Source of the DNA: Psychrobacter sp. ER1
GTDB lineage: Bacteria; Pseudomonadota; Gammaproteobacteria; Pseudomonadales; Moraxellaceae
Direction of reading: 5' to 3'
Assembly (NCBI RefSeq): GCF_048631835.1
Contig: NZ_CP184640.1
Span: 3,205,461 to 3,229,460, forward strand
DNA: 24,000 nt
The notes beneath the pieces were generated by a model. It was not told the DNA's origin and did no database searches. It saw nothing but the letters and a program-made list of their open reading frames with translations. Every line of letters starts with the position of its first letter. Within the stretch, counting starts at the first letter, position 1. A program made the translations under genes and the position numbers. This document shows positions 10,655 to 18,916 of the stretch, one piece after another.

Positions 10655-10858
10655 CCTTCTGGGAACTCATGTGGTCACAGTACAAATAACATTAATACCA
10701 GTCGAACCCTCCAAAGCCTTATAGGACTCAGACAGAAGTTCTTACATTGTCAGAACAGGTTGCGATACGCATCCCAAGGATCTTCCCAGAAGGGAATAGT
10801 CAGGTTATATCAAACTTGTTGTTTATTCAAGATTATAGTTAAAAAGACAACATGAGTT
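10655..10858 (-). ncRNA. Candidate retron msr/msd non-coding RNA region
   Basis: It lies immediately upstream of the RT start (10631) on the same strand. A perfect 11-nt inverted repeat links 10783..10793 and 10655..10665, with a G at 10782 directly 3' of the upstream arm. An alternative 9(+3)-nt pair is 10846..10858 with 10664..10676. There are several short hairpins and a ~40-nt imperfect hairpin. The boundaries are uncertain. Confidence 0.45.
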
Positions 10859-10922
10859 ACGTATTGACTTTATGCTCTATGAGAACTTGACAAATTTGAA
10901 CCATCCTACGTCAAACCAAAAC

Positions 10923-10951
10923 GCCCTCTATTCATCTAGAGGGCTTTTTTT
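10923..10951 (+). terminator. Rho-independent terminator, probably the original ybbP-like operon terminator displaced by the islet
   Basis: gccctcta (10923..10930) pairs with tagagggc (10937..10944), followed by T7. No plus-strand gene ends nearby except the permease, about 3 kb upstream. Confidence 0.6.
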
Positions 10952-11090
10952 GGTTCATAAGCTGTATAGACATTTAAACCAACATCAGCCACGCACTTTG
11001 CTTATTTTATAGCCCTCATTTGCTATACTAGCCCAACTTTATCGGTTAAATACCAACTTATAACACTTTCCCAAACAGCATGGTAGCCTT

Positions 11091-12422
11091 ATGAAATTCT
11101 CAAAGTTCGGTCAAAAATTTACCCAGCCCACTGGCATCTCACAATTGATGGATGATCTGGGCGATGCGCTAAAAAGCGATCAGCCAGTCAACATGCTGGG
11201 CGGTGGTAACCCTGCCAAAATTGATGCCGTTAATGAGTTGTTCTTGGAGACCTATAAGGCGCTGGGTGTTGATAATGATGCAGGCGTGCCCAATAGTAGC
11301 GCGATTATCAGCATGGCGAACTACTCTAATCCGCAAGGGGATGCCGCTTTTATCGACGCCTTAGTTGGCTTCTTTAACCGTCATTATGATTGGAACCTCA
11401 CCTCAGAAAACATCGCTCTGACCAATGGCTCACAGAATGCGTTTTTCTATCTATTTAATCTGTTTGGTGGTGCTTTCGTTGATGAAAACAGTCAAGATGA
11501 AAAGAACCAATCTATCGACAAGTCCATTCTACTGCCATTGACCCCTGAGTATATTGGCTATAGCGATGTGCATGTGGAAGGTCAGCATTTCACCGCGGTA
11601 TTACCGCATATCGATGAAGTGACGCATGATGGCGAGGAAGGTTTCTTTAAATATCGTGTGGATTTTGACGCATTAGAGAACTTGCCAGCCCTAAAAGAAG
11701 GTCGTATCAGGGCGATTTGCTGCTCACGCCCGACCAGCCCGACTGGCAACGTGTTGACTGATGACGAAATGGCGCATTTGGCTGAGATTGCCAAACGCTA
11801 TGACATTCCCCTTATCATCGATAACGCCTACGGCATGCCCTTCCCCAATATCATCTACTCTGACGCGCATCTGAATTGGGATAACAATACGATTCTCTGC
11901 TTTAGTCTATCGAAAATTGGTTTGCCCGGTATGCGTACTGGTATTATCGTGGCCGATGCAAAAGTAATCGAAGCGGTTAGCGCAATGAATGCCGTGGTCA
12001 ATCTAGCACCGACACGCTTTGGTGCAGCGATTGCTACGCCATTGGTAGAAAACGATCGTATCAAGCAATTATCTGATAACGACATCAAGCCGTTTTATCA
12101 AAAGCAGGCCACCCTTGCTGTGAAGCTATTAAAAGAAGCCTTGGGCAATTATCCGTTGGTCATTCATAAGCCTGAGGGCGCGATATTCTTATGGTTATGG
12201 TTCAAAGACTTGCCGATTAGCACGCTGGATCTATACGAGCGCCTAAAAGAAAAAGGCACGCTTATTGTACCAAGTGAGTACTTCTTCCCTGGCGTCGATG
12301 TTAGCGATTATCAGCATGCGCACGAGTGTATCCGCATGAGTATCGCCGCTGATGAGCAGACACTGACTGATGGTATCAAAGCCATTGGTGAAGTGGTACG
12401 TGAGCTTTATGATGAGAGATAG
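11091..12422 (+). CDS. avtA: Valine--pyruvate aminotransferase (class I/II PLP aminotransferase)
   Basis: The N-terminus MKFSKFGQKFTQPTGISQLMDDLG is AvtA-like. It has the PLP-lysine context FSLSKIGLPGMRTG, and the size of 443 aa fits. Confidence 0.78.
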   Translation: MKFSKFGQKFTQPTGISQLMDDLGDALKSDQPVNMLGGGNPAKIDAVNELFLETYKALGVDNDAGVPNSSAIISMANYSNPQGDAAFIDALVGFFNRHYDWNLTSENIALTNGSQNAFFYLFNLFGGAFVDENSQDEKNQSIDKSILLPLTPEYIGYSDVHVEGQHFTAVLPHIDEVTHDGEEGFFKYRVDFDALENLPALKEGRIRAICCSRPTSPTGNVLTDDEMAHLAEIAKRYDIPLIIDNAYGMPFPNIIYSDAHLNWDNNTILCFSLSKIGLPGMRTGIIVADAKVIEAVSAMNAVVNLAPTRFGAAIATPLVENDRIKQLSDNDIKPFYQKQATLAVKLLKEALGNYPLVIHKPEGAIFLWLWFKDLPISTLDLYERLKEKGTLIVPSEYFFPGVDVSDYQHAHECIRMSIAADEQTLTDGIKAIGEVVRELYDER

Positions 12423-12457
12423 GTTGGCACTATAATATGACTTTGCGTGAGGCCTCT

Positions 12458-12738
12458 ATGCGTTACGAATTTGAAAATTTGAAAATCAGTAGAGAAAAAG
12501 ATACTCGCTAGGTAAAGAAACCACTACTAATAAATATTACTTATCTTTTCCAGTTAGTCCGCCAAATCATAGGTATGTTGAGTATGAAGAATATTATGAA
12601 ATTTCTTTTGAACAGCTCAATGACTTTTTAGAAAACGAAGATTCATTAATAGAATTTTTGGATAAATGTAGAAGAAGAAAAATGGATAATTTATTTCTCT
12701 TTTATCCTATAGCTCTTATTAGAGGTTATCCAAATTAG
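12458..12738 (+). pseudogene. Small AT-rich orphan ORF, apparently frameshifted; function unknown
   Basis: MRYEFENLKISREKDTR is followed by a stop. An adjacent frame is open for GKETTTNKYYLSFPVSPPNHRYVEYEEYYEISFEQLNDFLENEDSLIEFLDKCRRRKMDNLFLFYPIALIRGYPN. I recognise no family. Confidence 0.22.
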
Positions 12739-12750
12739 ATTACCCGCTTG

Positions 12751-12783
12751 AAAAAAACGGACTTATTAATAGTCTGTTTTTTT
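12751..12783. terminator. Bidirectional terminator (A-tract, stem, T-tract)
   Basis: aaaaaa + acggact (12757..12763) / agtctgt (12771..12777) + tttttt. It sits between convergent ORFs. Confidence 0.5.
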
Positions 12784-13134
12784 ATGTCGCTTGGTCAGTG
12801 AGGCAGGCTTGCTGGTTGGATGGAATATCTTAGTCCACTTATTTAACGCATAAAGCACATAAGACAGCATGCACGTATTGATCAAATCACGGATGCTGGC
12901 GGTCAGCTGCTCACGGCTTAAACCAGCCAAACCAAGCGACTCAATCGTCTCTCGATTGTCCAAATATTCACCCAATAATGCAATACAAGTCACTATTACT
13001 AAGGCGACAAAAGACCTGATACCTTGCTTTTTAAAAATAGGACGCAGTAATACCAAACACAGCAAATAGACACCAATACCGACATAGATGTGCAAAGCAT
13101 CTTTGGCCAGCCCTGTTGTCTCGATAATGTTCAT
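12766..13134 (-). CDS. Hypothetical small membrane protein
   Basis: The ORF is 12766..13188. Met at 13134 (MNIIETTG...) precedes two or three hydrophobic helices. I recognise no family. Confidence 0.45.
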   Translation of the reverse strand: MNIIETTGLAKDALHIYVGIGVYLLCLVLLRPIFKKQGIRSFVALVIVTCIALLGEYLDNRETIESLGLAGLSREQLTASIRDLINTCMLSYVLYALNKWTKIFHPTSKPASLTKRHKKTDY

Positions 13135-13246
13135 TTTAAAGGCAGTAAAATCCACTATATATTCCAAATATAAGCCAGTAGAAAACAACTGAGGGTATCA
13201 CTAAACAATGATGGCTAAAAGTAGTCGCTAAAAAGTGATAGCTGAG

Positions 13247-13283
13247 AATAAAAAAGGCAGATTATATAATTGATAATCTACCT
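13247..13283 (-). terminator. Rho-independent terminator after hisH
   Basis: On the minus strand, aggtagattat pairs with ataatctgcct at 10 of 11 positions, followed by TTTTTTATT. Confidence 0.6.
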
Positions 13284-13322
13284 TATGCTAAATTAAATAT
13301 TCACTGCGCGTTTATCATCTAC

Positions 13323-13967
13323 TTACACATCCCACTCGACGAAGTTCTTTAACAACTGCAAACCAGCAGTATGGCTCTTTTCTGGATGGAATTGAGTCGC
13401 AAATAGATTGTCTTGGATGACACTGGCACAAAATGGCTGACCATAATCACAAACGGCGGCCACTTGCGCGCTATCGGCAGGCTCACAGTAGTAACTATGC
13501 ACAAAGTAAAAATGTGCATTGTCTTGAATACCATTCCACAATGGATGGTCAAAGTCCATGCCACTGATGGTATTCCAGCCCATGTGCGGTACTTTGATAG
13601 TCGCGCCTTGCTGGTCTTTCCACGTAGGGTCAAATGCTTCTACACTGCCCTTTAAGATGCCAAGACAATCTGTACCACCATTTTCCGCTGACTGCTCAAA
13701 CAATGCCTGCATGCCTACACAGATGGCCATAACAGGCTTGTTAAATACTGCATGACGTATGACCTCATCAATCCCAGCATCATGCATACCAGCGATACAG
13801 TCACGCATGGCACCGACACCAGGGAAGACTATTTTATCTGCTGCAGCGACGACTTTGGGGTCGTTGGTGATAGAGACGTCTGCCCCGACCACTGACAAGG
13901 CTTTACTGGCGGAATGCAAATTACCCATACCATAATCTAGTAGTGCAACTTTGGTCACTTTAGCCAT
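13323..13967 (-). CDS. hisH: Imidazole glycerol phosphate synthase, glutamine amidotransferase subunit
   Basis: [16 protein letters not shown], catalytic Cys context AICVGMQ, FYFVHSY and QFHPEKS. Confidence 0.92.
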   Translation of the reverse strand: MAKVTKVALLDYGMGNLHSASKALSVVGADVSITNDPKVVAAADKIVFPGVGAMRDCIAGMHDAGIDEVIRHAVFNKPVMAICVGMQALFEQSAENGGTDCLGILKGSVEAFDPTWKDQQGATIKVPHMGWNTISGMDFDHPLWNGIQDNAHFYFVHSYYCEPADSAQVAAVCDYGQPFCASVIQDNLFATQFHPEKSHTAGLQLLKNFVEWDV

Positions 13968-14630
13968 TAAAAGCCTCTTTGGTCGATGGCAAGGTATTCA
14001 ACGCACGCTCATCATATTCACAAGCCATACGTAATGCACGAGCAAAGGCTTTAAAGGTGGATTCGATCTGATGATGGCTGTTTTTGCCTTTTAGGTTGTC
14101 CAAGTGCACCGTCATCCATGAGTGATTGACAAACCCGTAAAGAACTCACTGAACAAATCAACATCGAAACGGCCCACATGCGAGCGCGTAAAAGGGATAT
14201 CCATGTGCAGTCCAGGACGACCTGATAGATCGACGACTGCACGAGTCAATGCTTCATCGAGCGGCGCATAAAAATGCCCGTAACGACGGATGCCTTTTTT
14301 GTCGCCCAATGCTTTGTTGAATGCTTGACCAAGCGTAATACCAGTATCTTCGACGCTATGGTGGTCGTCGATAAAGGTATCGCCGTTGCATTTGATGTCC
14401 AAATCAAACAAACCGTGACGCTTGATTTGATCAATCATATGATCCAAAAATGGTACACCAGTGTCTACCGTGCCTTTACCTGTACCATCCAGATTAACGG
14501 TACAGGTGATTTGCGTTTCGGCAGTGATACGCTCAACAGTCGCGATACGTTCAGGGCGACCATATAGATTTACGTTTTTTGACTCAGTTTGCTCAGATGT
14601 GGCAGCAGTCGTCGTTGCATTGGCTGTCAT
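13960..14630 (-). pseudogene. hisB: Imidazoleglycerol-phosphate dehydratase, frameshifted near the C-terminus
   Basis: The 172-aa ORF carries HisB motifs ([25 protein letters not shown]). One extra base in the run at 14131..14133 restores [38 protein letters not shown]... The stop at 13960..13962 overlaps the hisH start. Confidence 0.88.
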
Positions 14631-15017
14631 GGCTACTCTCTATCAGTTTTTTATCAGTGAAAAGCGGTCAATAAATAAGGCAAAAACCTGCCCAAAATAT
14701 TTTACTAGTGTCTGGGTCCGCCCCTAGCAAAAATGTATTAGAAAATGATATATACAAAAAGATATCAACATATTAGGGCTTATATACCCTACATATTATA
14801 TAACCTCATCATAGCAAACCCTAACATTTACTGCCACGACCAAGCGGTAAACCACGCACAAAATCACGTCATTCTGCTAAAATAGTGTGTTCAGTATTAT
14901 CAATCATGACTCGCGCCGACTTTGAAGACCCTTATTTACGGTATTGCACGCTATGACATCGTGCTGTCTCATACTGCTTATTTATACTATAGAAACCCTC
15001 TATTTATAGGAACTGCT

Positions 15018-15441
15018 ATGCCTTTAGAAGCGATCGCCATTAATAGTTTGGATGCGCCACTTATCAAAAAACCTGCTCGCGACAATGAGCTAGCAGAGCG
15101 CTTAGCAAGCGTTATACGATAGCGATGATGCGCAGCCTGACGGTCTCGAGGTATTAAATATCGTTGAGCAAGGGTTTAAACGTGGACAGTACCTCTATGT
15201 CGGTATGTTCAATGATAAGCCTATCGCCGCTGTCGCCTGCTTTGATGACGGGCAGACCAATGCTAAGCGCCTGCAATATCTCACTGTCCATCCGGAGAAT
15301 CGTAAACGTGCTATCGATGCCAAGTTTATTAAACTGGTCTATGATTGCGAAGTTAGAAAAGGCGTACGTGAATTTGTCCCCGCGGACGCCGATATTCACC
15401 GTATCATGAGCGAGTACGAACTATTGCGTGTGAAAGACTAA
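15018..15441 (+). pseudogene. Small GNAT-fold protein (PanZ/PanM-like acetyl-CoA sensor family), frameshifted
   Basis: MPLEAIAINSLDAPLIKKPARDNELAERLA joins ALYDSDDAQPDGLEVLNIVEQGFKRGQYLYVGMFNDKPIAAVACF...LQYLTVHPENRKR with a shift within 15106..15119. The pattern resembles E. coli PanZ (aarFNerLlAAV...L.V....RRRG). The assignment is tentative. Confidence 0.4.
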
Positions 15442-15517
15442 ACTGAGCGCTAAAACGGTGAATTTTACCAATATCTAATTATTTATCGTCTTTTATCAGA
15501 TATAATGCAAAAATTGC

Positions 15518-15546
15518 TTGACAGCTGAGCCTATATTTAGTTTAAT
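15518..15546 (+). promoter_or_regulatory. Sigma70-type promoter for tRNA-Phe
   Basis: TTGACA (15518..15523), a 17-nt spacer, then TTTAAT (15541..15546), followed by a GC-rich discriminator agcgcc. The tRNA starts at 15564. Confidence 0.5.
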
Positions 15547-15563
15547 AGCGCCTCAACGAAGAC

Positions 15564-15639
15564 GGCTCGATAGCTCAGTAGGTAGAGCAACGGATTGAAA
15601 ATCCGTGTGTCGGCAGTTCGATCCTGCCTCGAGCCACCA
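15564..15639 (+). tRNA. tRNA-Phe (anticodon GAA)
   Basis: A 76-nt cloverleaf: acceptor ggctcga/tcgagcc, anticodon stem-loop acgga-ttGAAaa-tccgt, T-arm gcagttcgatcctgc and an encoded CCA. It is very similar to E. coli tRNA-Phe. Confidence 0.95.
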
Positions 15640-15661
15640 TTCGTTAATAGAATTCTAAAAA

Positions 15662-15698
15662 GCCCTGAACAGCAATGTTCGGGGCTTTTTTTATGTTT
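15662..15698 (+). terminator. Rho-independent terminator after tRNA-Phe
   Basis: gccctgaaca pairs with tgttcggggc (one G-U pair), followed by T7. Confidence 0.7.
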
Positions 15699-15763
15699 AA
15701 ATTTTACCGTACTCTTTAGCGTTCGTTCTATTCATATGTTGCTCTTATTCGTATAGCCGACTA

Positions 15764-16096
15764 CTATTCGTAAAAACGACCACGTAATAGTAAATTACAG
15801 CGCTCACGCGAATCCAAGTCGTATATAGTTGCGCGGTAATCAATACCGTGACGCCCCTCAAAAAATATCACTCGGTCGCCCACTGCCAAAAAACGAGACG
15901 TGCGCGCATCGTAGATAAAGCCATCTATCACAAATGCTAAATCGCGATCTATCTCGCGTACCGTATACGTCTCACCTTGCGGAATCAAACGTTCAAACCA
16001 CGCGCTGTGGGCAGCCGTAGTAGCTAGTACGCTTATTGTTAACAACAGCCATGCTGCCGATATATTGCTAGGTAATAAAAAACGGTTCGGCTTCAT
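15764..16096 (-). CDS. Hypothetical exported protein
   Basis: The internal Met at 16096 gives MKPNRFLLPSNISAAWLLLTISVLATTAAHSAW, a signal-peptide-like sequence. I recognise no family. Confidence 0.45.
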   Translation of the reverse strand: MKPNRFLLPSNISAAWLLLTISVLATTAAHSAWFERLIPQGETYTVREIDRDLAFVIDGFIYDARTSRFLAVGDRVIFFEGRHGIDYRATIYDLDSRERCNLLLRGRFYE

Positions 16097-16321
16097 GACA
16101 CTTATCTTATTTCTGAACATAACATTTCTCGTAGCGCTCATCATATTAATAGCTTTTATACGTCTCAAAGCTAACTTTATCATAACCATTTTCACTTATC
16201 GCTTTTGATGCTAAATACCTACTGTCACGGTTGTATAACATTTCTATCCTGTTTTCTAAACAGCTTGGCTAAGTATACTCAATAACCATATACGAATAGA
16301 TAAAAATAATAGGTCATAGAT

Positions 16322-16823
16322 ATGAGAGAGTTTGATTACGACTTGGATTATAAGAGTTTGGATTTGCGCGCTCAGCCCGAGTTGTACCGTGTCGGTCGCG
16401 GTGAGCAAGGCGTATTACTGGTAGAGCCTTATAAGTCTGAGATTTTACCCCATTGGCGTTTTGCGACTCCCGATATCGCCCGCGAGAGTAGTGAAGCTAT
16501 CTATCAGATGTTTTTAGATTACTTGGCTGACGATGACTTCGTCGGTGCAGATATGGCGCGTAAGTTTATCCAAATGGGCTATACCCGTGCTCGTCGTTAT
16601 GCCAATCACAAAGGTGGTAAAAAATATAAAGGCGCAGTACCTGATGACAAAAAAGGTCAAAGCGGTGCTCATGGCCGCGAAGAATTGCCACGACAAGAGG
16701 AAGATCCGAATCAAGGCAGAATCTGCACGGATTTTTAAAGTTAAATGGGATGAATGCCGTGAGAACGAAGATTATTTAAGAATGAAGAAAGAGCATCGTG
16801 AACGCTATAAAGATGTCGAATAG
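16322..16823 (+). pseudogene. DUF4385-family protein, frameshifted
   Basis: MREFDYDLDYKSLDLRAQPELYRVGRGEQGVLLVEPYKSEILPHWRF is typical of DUF4385. The C-terminus IKAESARIFKVKWDECRENEDYLRMKKEHRERYKDVE lies in another frame, with the shift within about 16695..16712. Confidence 0.6.
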
Positions 16824-16951
16824 ATGCTAATGCTCAAGACATTAAGCACAACAGATAAACTAAATTGACTGGTCTCAAAACGCTACTGTGCTAAGGTATG
16901 GCACGGTATGCTCAATATAATAAATACAACGATTTCCAATAGTGAGGAATA

Positions 16952-17634
16952 ATGAATAAGCAGCTTTTAATTTTTGATTTTGATGGAACACTCATTGATA
17001 GCGTACCTGATTTGGCCGACGCAACTAACGCCATGCTAACCACATTGGGCAAAGAGACCTACCCTATCGAGACGATACGTAACTGGATAGGCAATGGTTC
17101 ACGCCTGCTTGTAGAGCGCGCTTTGGTCGGCAAGGTAGAAGTAGCAGATGGCGAGCTAACGGTTGAGGAAGCCGATCATGCAGAGCAAATATTTTTGAGG
17201 CTTATAAGAATCTTAGTGGTAGTAAAACCGTTGCCTATCCAGATGTCGATGACGGACTCAAAAAACTGCATGCAGCTGGATATACACTTGCTTTAGTCAC
17301 CAACAAGCCCATTCGATTTGTACCGAAGATATTGCAGTCGTTTGGCTGGCAAGACTTATTTAGTGAAGTGATGGGCGGTGACAGTTTAGCTGTCAAAAAA
17401 CCAGACCCCGCGCCCCTACTACACGTCTGTGAGACTCTCAATGTCAGTGTTGATCAGGCAGTGATGATTGGAGACTCTAGAAACGATATGTTGGCTGGAC
17501 AGAACGCCAATATGGACACGCTCGGCCTATCTTATGGTTATAACTACGGGCAAGACATTCGCGAATTAAATCCGACCGAAGCATTTGACCACTTTGCTGA
17601 CTTAGTTGCTTGGATTATGAAAAATAAAATCTAG
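16952..17634 (+). pseudogene. gph: Phosphoglycolate phosphatase (HAD superfamily), frameshifted at a T5 run
   Basis: DFDGTLIDS (HAD motif I), LVTNKP (motif II), KKPDP and GDSRND (motifs III/IV). One extra T at 17193..17197 joins the two ORFs (QIFFEAYKNLSGSKTVAYPDV...). Confidence 0.85.
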
Positions 17635-17684
17635 TCTATATGAAATCTATCGAATTATTATGATGTAACTTGCTCAAACATAGA

Positions 17685-18133
17685 TTACGCTTTATTGCGA
17701 TAGCTCAGCGCCTCAGATACGTGGGCGCTGTTGATATCGGTACTATTAGCCAAATCCGCGATTGTACGAGCCACCCGTAATACTCGGTGGTAGCCACGCG
17801 CGGACAAATTCAAACGCTGCTGAGCAAGTTGCAATAACTGCTTTTCATTGTCGCCTAGTTGGATATACTCATCGATTTCGCTAGGGCTAAGCTCATTATT
17901 AACCTTTTGCTGGCGCTGCATTTGATGCTGATGCGCGACTACTACCCGAGACCGTACTTGCTTGGAGGTTTCACCTACTTGACTATTTTGCAAATCGGCA
18001 ATCGGTAATGCAGGCACGGTAATATGTAAGTCAATACGATCTAAGAGAGGACCAGATAACTTATCTTGATAGCGTTTGATCTGCTCAGGTCGACAGCGGC
18101 AGCGACCTGAAGTATCACCATCATAACCACACG
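17685..18133 (-). pseudogene. comM: 3' fragment of comM/yifB (Mg-chelatase-like AAA+ protein), truncated by the Tn7-like insertion
   Basis: CGYDGDTSGRCRCRPEQIKRYQDKLSGPLLDRIDLHITVP... matches the ComM/YifB C-terminal region. Similarity ends at (P)CGY, exactly where TGTAATAA begins at 18134. Upstream codons of the ORF are transposon-end sequence. Confidence 0.8.
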
Positions 18134-18227
18134 TGTAATAATCCCAAATTACTGGCACAATACCCTTCAATATCACCTCTTTTCTATTCCAATACTTACC
18201 AATTAAATGGCAAAGATATACCAAATA
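18134..18227 (+). repeat. Tn7-like transposon end with four direct TnsB-site-like repeats
   Basis: The end starts 5'-TGT. The cores are cccaaatta (18143..18151), cttcaatat (18165..18173), taccaatta (18197..18205) and taccaaata (18219..18227), spaced 22, 32 and 22 bp. The 16-nt contexts have the form yAATAnnnnnCAAwTw. Confidence 0.55.
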
Positions 18228-18247
18228 GCTGTCATAAAATTTAATAA

Positions 18248-18916
18248 ATGCTAAATAAGCGACAAATTATTATGAGACAAATGCGCAAAATAAAACCGAC
18301 TAGAATGAGCGTATCAGGAAGAATTCCATATAAAGGTAAATCATTACCTTATGAATCAACTTTAGAGCGCGATTTAATTATAGTCTATGCCTTTCGAGAA
18401 GATGTGGAGGATATAGTTGCTCAACCAATTACTGTACCCTTCGTCAAGAATGGCGTTACTTATAAGTATACCCCTGACTTTTTTATCAAGTTTGTAGAAG
18501 ATGCTGGTAAGCCAAATATGATTATTGAGGTTAAACCACATGATCTATGGCAAGCGAACTGGAGAGACTGGTCGGATAAGTGGAAGACGATGCAGCGCTA
18601 TTGCAAAGACAATGGTCATGTATTTCATATTTATGATGAGAGTCGTATTAAGAATACAGCTTTAGACAATATCAATCTCTTAATGAAATTTAAGAACTCT
18701 GCAATCGAACAAGAGGATAAGGAAGCGGTTTTAGAGCAGGTTAGGCTTATGGGTACAACTACCATAGATTACCTATTAACCCGTTTTTACATAGGCTCTT
18801 TCTTGCACAATCACGGATTACGAGTAATTTATCATTTACTTGCTACTAAACGATTAAAATTTAATTTATTCCTTAAAATTAACGACTTAACAGAGGTATG
18901 GGTGGATTATGAATAA
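18248..18916 (+). CDS. tnsA: Tn7-like transposase endonuclease subunit TnsA
   Basis: A restriction-endonuclease-like E/D/K pattern: YESTLERDLI, YTPDFFIKF and MIIEVKP. It sits directly inside the transposon end and overlaps the tnsB start by 8 nt. Confidence 0.8.
   Translation: MLNKRQIIMRQMRKIKPTRMSVSGRIPYKGKSLPYESTLERDLIIVYAFREDVEDIVAQPITVPFVKNGVTYKYTPDFFIKFVEDAGKPNMIIEVKPHDLWQANWRDWSDKWKTMQRYCKDNGHVFHIYDESRIKNTALDNINLLMKFKNSAIEQEDKEAVLEQVRLMGTTTIDYLLTRFYIGSFLHNHGLRVIYHLLATKRLKFNLFLKINDLTEVWVDYE

Noticed and set aside
10613-10855. 80-aa plus-strand ORF overlapping the RT start and the putative msr/msd.
   Set aside because: It is on the opposite strand to the whole islet and spans a structured non-coding region. 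I recognise no motifs.
10846-10858. Outer inverted repeat (aactcatgt) as the retron a1/a2 stem.
   Set aside because: Not discarded, but ranked second. A 9-nt match in about 250 nt is near chance level, it cannot coexist with the 11-nt pair, and no G directly follows it.
7935-10900. Shared atttgaa heptamer near both islet borders as possible target-site or att repeats.
   Set aside because: Seven AT-rich bases are too short to be meaningful in AT-rich DNA.
13349-14727. Alternative-frame and antisense ORFs across hisH and hisB (13349..13633, 13413..13655, 13558..13755, 14051..14242, 14246..14434, 14274..14567, 14461..14727).
   Set aside because: They overlap strongly supported his genes. The one at 14051..14242 reflects the hisB frameshift region, not a separate gene.
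15564-16200. tRNA-Phe as a genomic-island integration site.
   Set aside because: No integrase gene and no visible duplicate of the tRNA 3' end lie downstream. The tRNA has its own promoter and terminator, and the flanking genes look ordinary.
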